64,000 bases of DNA from Sedimentisphaerales bacterium (GTDB taxonomy: Bacteria > Planctomycetota > Phycisphaerae > Sedimentisphaerales > Anaerobacaceae): NCBI GenBank assembly GCA_963708075.1, contig OY970194.1:1824001-1888000 (forward strand). The letters run 5' to 3'. Shown one piece after another: positions 61,457 through 64,000 of this stretch. The position numbers and the translations under genes are program-made. Each line of letters begins with the position of its first letter. Positions within the stretch are counted from its first letter, which is position 1. The notes below the pieces were generated by a model. The model was given only the letters and a program-made list of their open reading frames with translations, was not told the origin of the DNA and ran no database searches.

Positions 61457-62596
61457 ATGGACAACAACATCGAGAGAATTGAGCGGTACCTGGAGGGCAT
61501 TGTCCCGCCGGTGCATGAATCCGATCGGCATCGCCAACAGTTGCGCCGGCAGGTCCTCACGGGACTCGCAAGGAGAGTTCTTATGCCTGTGAATGCAAGA
61601 ACATGGAAAGTGGCCGCGGTCATTGCTGCCCTGGTGTGCACCGCCGCCGCGGCAACAGCCGTGGTCGGTGTGAAGATTCGTCAATACTATTTCGAGGGAC
61701 AGGACAAGGAGGGTACCTATTTCTTCCGCAGCGAGCCGGAGGCCATCCATGAGAAGACCTATGTGGACGCGAACGGTGTCACGGTGGGTGTGTCCGTGAC
61801 ATCAGGTGGCTCCGTCAGCATGAGGCCGGACAGTCCCGATGAAGCGAACGTCGAGCAGATGCAACGGGATCTGGCGGAAATCGAGATCCTGCGGCAGCAG
61901 GATGCCAGGGAACTGGTGGGCGTCCGTGACGTGAGCGTGAACGGCAACCCATGGAGGGTGTTCACGTTCAAGTACGTGCTTGCCGGCGGCCGGATTCATA
62001 CGGTGAATGAAGCCGACCCCGATGCAGAAAAGCCCGCGCCGCCCGACCAGAAGGACTTCGAGGAGGCCGCGCGTCAGCGAGCCCAGGGCATCAGGGACAT
62101 CGTCGGGGTGATCGACACGGAGGTCGATGGCCAGATGCATCGCACGCTGCAATGCCGGTACGTGCTCAGTGACGGCCGGGAGTTCGAGATGGGCGAGGCG
62201 GACTCCGCCCTGACGCCGCCGACGAAGACACTGAGCCCAGAGCAAATCGATGAGATCTGGCGTCTGAAAATACTGGGCCAGGCGGAGACCCTTGAGCCCG
62301 TCGAGACAGCCATGTACGGCAAGACCTTCGTCTTCGAAAGACACCTGTGCACGCTCGCCGATGGAACAGTCGCAACGCTCTCCGTCGGCAAACTCAAGGG
62401 CGCCGGCAAGAAGAACCTGACCGACGCGGATTGGAAGGAACTGCGTGCCCTCATCGACGCCAACGCCGGTGAATTCCTCGACACCTATGAGCAGGAGATC
62501 AGAGGCAAGGTCTTCGCCTTCGAGCGCAAGCGTTACACTCTGAGCGACGGCACCGAGGTCATCCGGGCCGACGGCACACCCAAAGACAGCCAATAA
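61457..62596 (+). CDS. Putative anti-sigma factor with repeated extracytoplasmic modules
   Basis: Directly after the ECF gene; short N-domain, TM helix, four Y/CxLxxG repeats. Confidence 0.7.
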   Translation: MDNNIERIERYLEGIVPPVHESDRHRQQLRRQVLTGLARRVLMPVNARTWKVAAVIAALVCTAAAATAVVGVKIRQYYFEGQDKEGTYFFRSEPEAIHEKTYVDANGVTVGVSVTSGGSVSMRPDSPDEANVEQMQRDLAEIEILRQQDARELVGVRDVSVNGNPWRVFTFKYVLAGGRIHTVNEADPDAEKPAPPDQKDFEEAARQRAQGIRDIVGVIDTEVDGQMHRTLQCRYVLSDGREFEMGEADSALTPPTKTLSPEQIDEIWRLKILGQAETLEPVETAMYGKTFVFERHLCTLADGTVATLSVGKLKGAGKKNLTDADWKELRALIDANAGEFLDTYEQEIRGKVFAFERKRYTLSDGTEVIRADGTPKDSQ

Positions 62597-62614
62597 ACCC
62601 ATTCCCGAGCGACC

Positions 62615-62655
62615 AGCGAGAGCGGCCATAGCGGAGGTCGCTCTCGCTTTCTTGT
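62615..62655 (+). terminator. Probable intrinsic terminator
   Basis: AGCGAGAGCGGCC/GGTCGCTCTCGCT hairpin then TTCTTGT. Confidence 0.65.
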
Positions 62656-62791
62656 TCTTGCCCCGCCCCTTTTCTCATCGCGAGCTCGCTCTTCCTCTCA
62701 AGAATCTGAAGAATTCCTGTGCCCCAGGCGGGTGTTCATTCGTGATAATAGGGAACAACGATCGTTGTGATGAGAGTAATGGCGTCCGCGA

Positions 62792-63328
62792 ATGATCGAA
62801 GATGAGCTGCTCAAACTGAGATTCAAGGCCGGCAGCATAGACGCGCTGCAGCGGATCTATGAGAAGTACCGCGACTACCTGCTGACGCTGGCGATGGCGT
62901 TGTTGAATGACGCCGCCACGGCCGAGGACGTCGTGCACGATGTGTTCGTCTCCTTCGCGCAGTCCGGCTCACGGTTCCGTCTCTACGGCAGCCTGCGGGC
63001 CTACCTGGCCACCTGCGTGGTCAACCGGATCCGCGACCGGATGCGCAGCCGCAAGCGCCAAGGGCAGACGCTCGACGAACAGATGCCTCTGGAGTCGGAC
63101 TTCGATCCGCCGGACCAGCGTGTCCTGTCCGACGAGCGGTCCCGGCTGGTCGCCCGGGCCCTGGCCCGACTGCCGGACGAGCAGCGGGAAGTCATCGCCC
63201 TGCACCTGAACGGGCAACTGAAGCTCCGGGAAATCGCGCGGCTTCAGGAGGTGCCGCTGACAACGGTGCGCGGCAGGTATCGACATGGAATCGAAAGACT
63301 GCGGTCAATCCTGAATGGGAGGCTCTGA
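62792..63328 (+). CDS. ECF RNA polymerase sigma factor
   Basis: AEDVVHDVF, YLATCVVN, LPDEQREV, TVRGRYRHG. Confidence 0.92.
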   Translation: MIEDELLKLRFKAGSIDALQRIYEKYRDYLLTLAMALLNDAATAEDVVHDVFVSFAQSGSRFRLYGSLRAYLATCVVNRIRDRMRSRKRQGQTLDEQMPLESDFDPPDQRVLSDERSRLVARALARLPDEQREVIALHLNGQLKLREIARLQEVPLTTVRGRYRHGIERLRSILNGRL

Positions 63329-63329
63329 C

Positions 63330-64000
63330 ATGAAACCGGCAGAGGAGATAGAGAGGATCATCAGAGGAATGTCCTTCCGGGCAGGCGATCGAATGGGGCA
63401 GCGACTCTGGGCTGATGCCGCGAAGGCACAGAATGAGTCCGAAAGCGCGAAACGGGTCCCAGACCCGAAGAATACAGGGAGATGGATTATGAAATATCCG
63501 ATCACGAAATTGGCCGCCGCGGCAGCCATAATAACAGCAGCAGTGCTGGGCTTGAACATTGTGGGTGGGCCGGGCATGGCAACCGTTGCGCTGGCGGACG
63601 TAGCAAAGAAGATTGAACAAACAAAGAACTGTGTCTTCAAAAAGACTACAACCGTGTCCTCTGAAGATGGCGTCACTAACGCATTCGATTCACTGGTATA
63701 TTATACCGAAAACGCCGTGAGGGATGATGTCTACGACAATGCGAAGATAATCAGTCAGGTGTATGTCAAATTCCCGGATGGGGTCGTCGTCGCGGTAGAC
63801 CACAAAAGCAGAGTATTCAGGAAGATAAACCTCGCGGATGAGGATATTGAGAGACTGTCTCCGGTAAGCCCAAGGAATCTTGTCGATCTGATCCTGTCAA
63901 AAGGAGAGTACAAGAAGCTGGGCAGAAAGACGGTGGACGGAGTTCTTTCAGAAGGCTTCGAATTTGACGACACAAGAGCAATGCTCAGCATGGATAAAGA
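63330..64000 (+). CDS. Putative anti-sigma factor, 5' part (runs off the window edge)
   Basis: Hand-translated: MKPAEEIERII...GRWIMKYPITKLAAAAAIITAAVLGL...ALADVAKKIEQ; starts 1 nt after the sigma stop with GGGAGG SD. Confidence 0.8.
   Translation, partial: MKPAEEIERIIRGMSFRAGDRMGQRLWADAAKAQNESESAKRVPDPKNTGRWIMKYPITKLAAAAAIITAAVLGLNIVGGPGMATVALADVAKKIEQTKNCVFKKTTTVSSEDGVTNAFDSLVYYTENAVRDDVYDNAKIISQVYVKFPDGVVVAVDHKSRVFRKINLADEDIERLSPVSPRNLVDLILSKGEYKKLGRKTVDGVLSEGFEFDDTRAMLSMDK

Overview
GC-rich bacterial chromosomal segment, most likely from a planctomycete (Phycisphaerae/Sedimentisphaerales-like). This is inferred from the prepilin/H-X9-DG protein, the tandem ECF sigma/anti-sigma pairs and the REP-like repeats. 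Housekeeping and accessory genes include polA, ileS, a GT9 heptosyltransferase, NUDIX, a GT-C/GT2/GGCT-fusion operon, a TetR-RND efflux operon, an aminotransferase, lhgO, wecB plus a WbpD-like acetyltransferase, an XPB-like helicase with DUF790, a B12 radical SAM, a PAS/kinase/receiver cluster, tatAC, a GH106 rhamnosidase and three ECF/anti-sigma pairs. About eight single-base frameshifts, one in essential ileS, look like long-read errors. No rRNA, tRNA, CRISPR or intact transposase was seen. Best leads: (1) a complete Ile-codon leader-peptide attenuator (protector, antiterminator, terminator) upstream of ileS; (2) an in-frame GGAG-N7-ATG internal start just before the TM helix in all three anti-sigma genes; (3) a ParA/Soj ATPase fused through a TM helix to extracytoplasmic Ig-like repeats; (4) a split PAS sensor/kinase pair with possible coiled-coil docking motifs; (5) a GGCT fused to a putative COOH-NH2 ligase; (6) REP palindromes inserted in frame into proteins.
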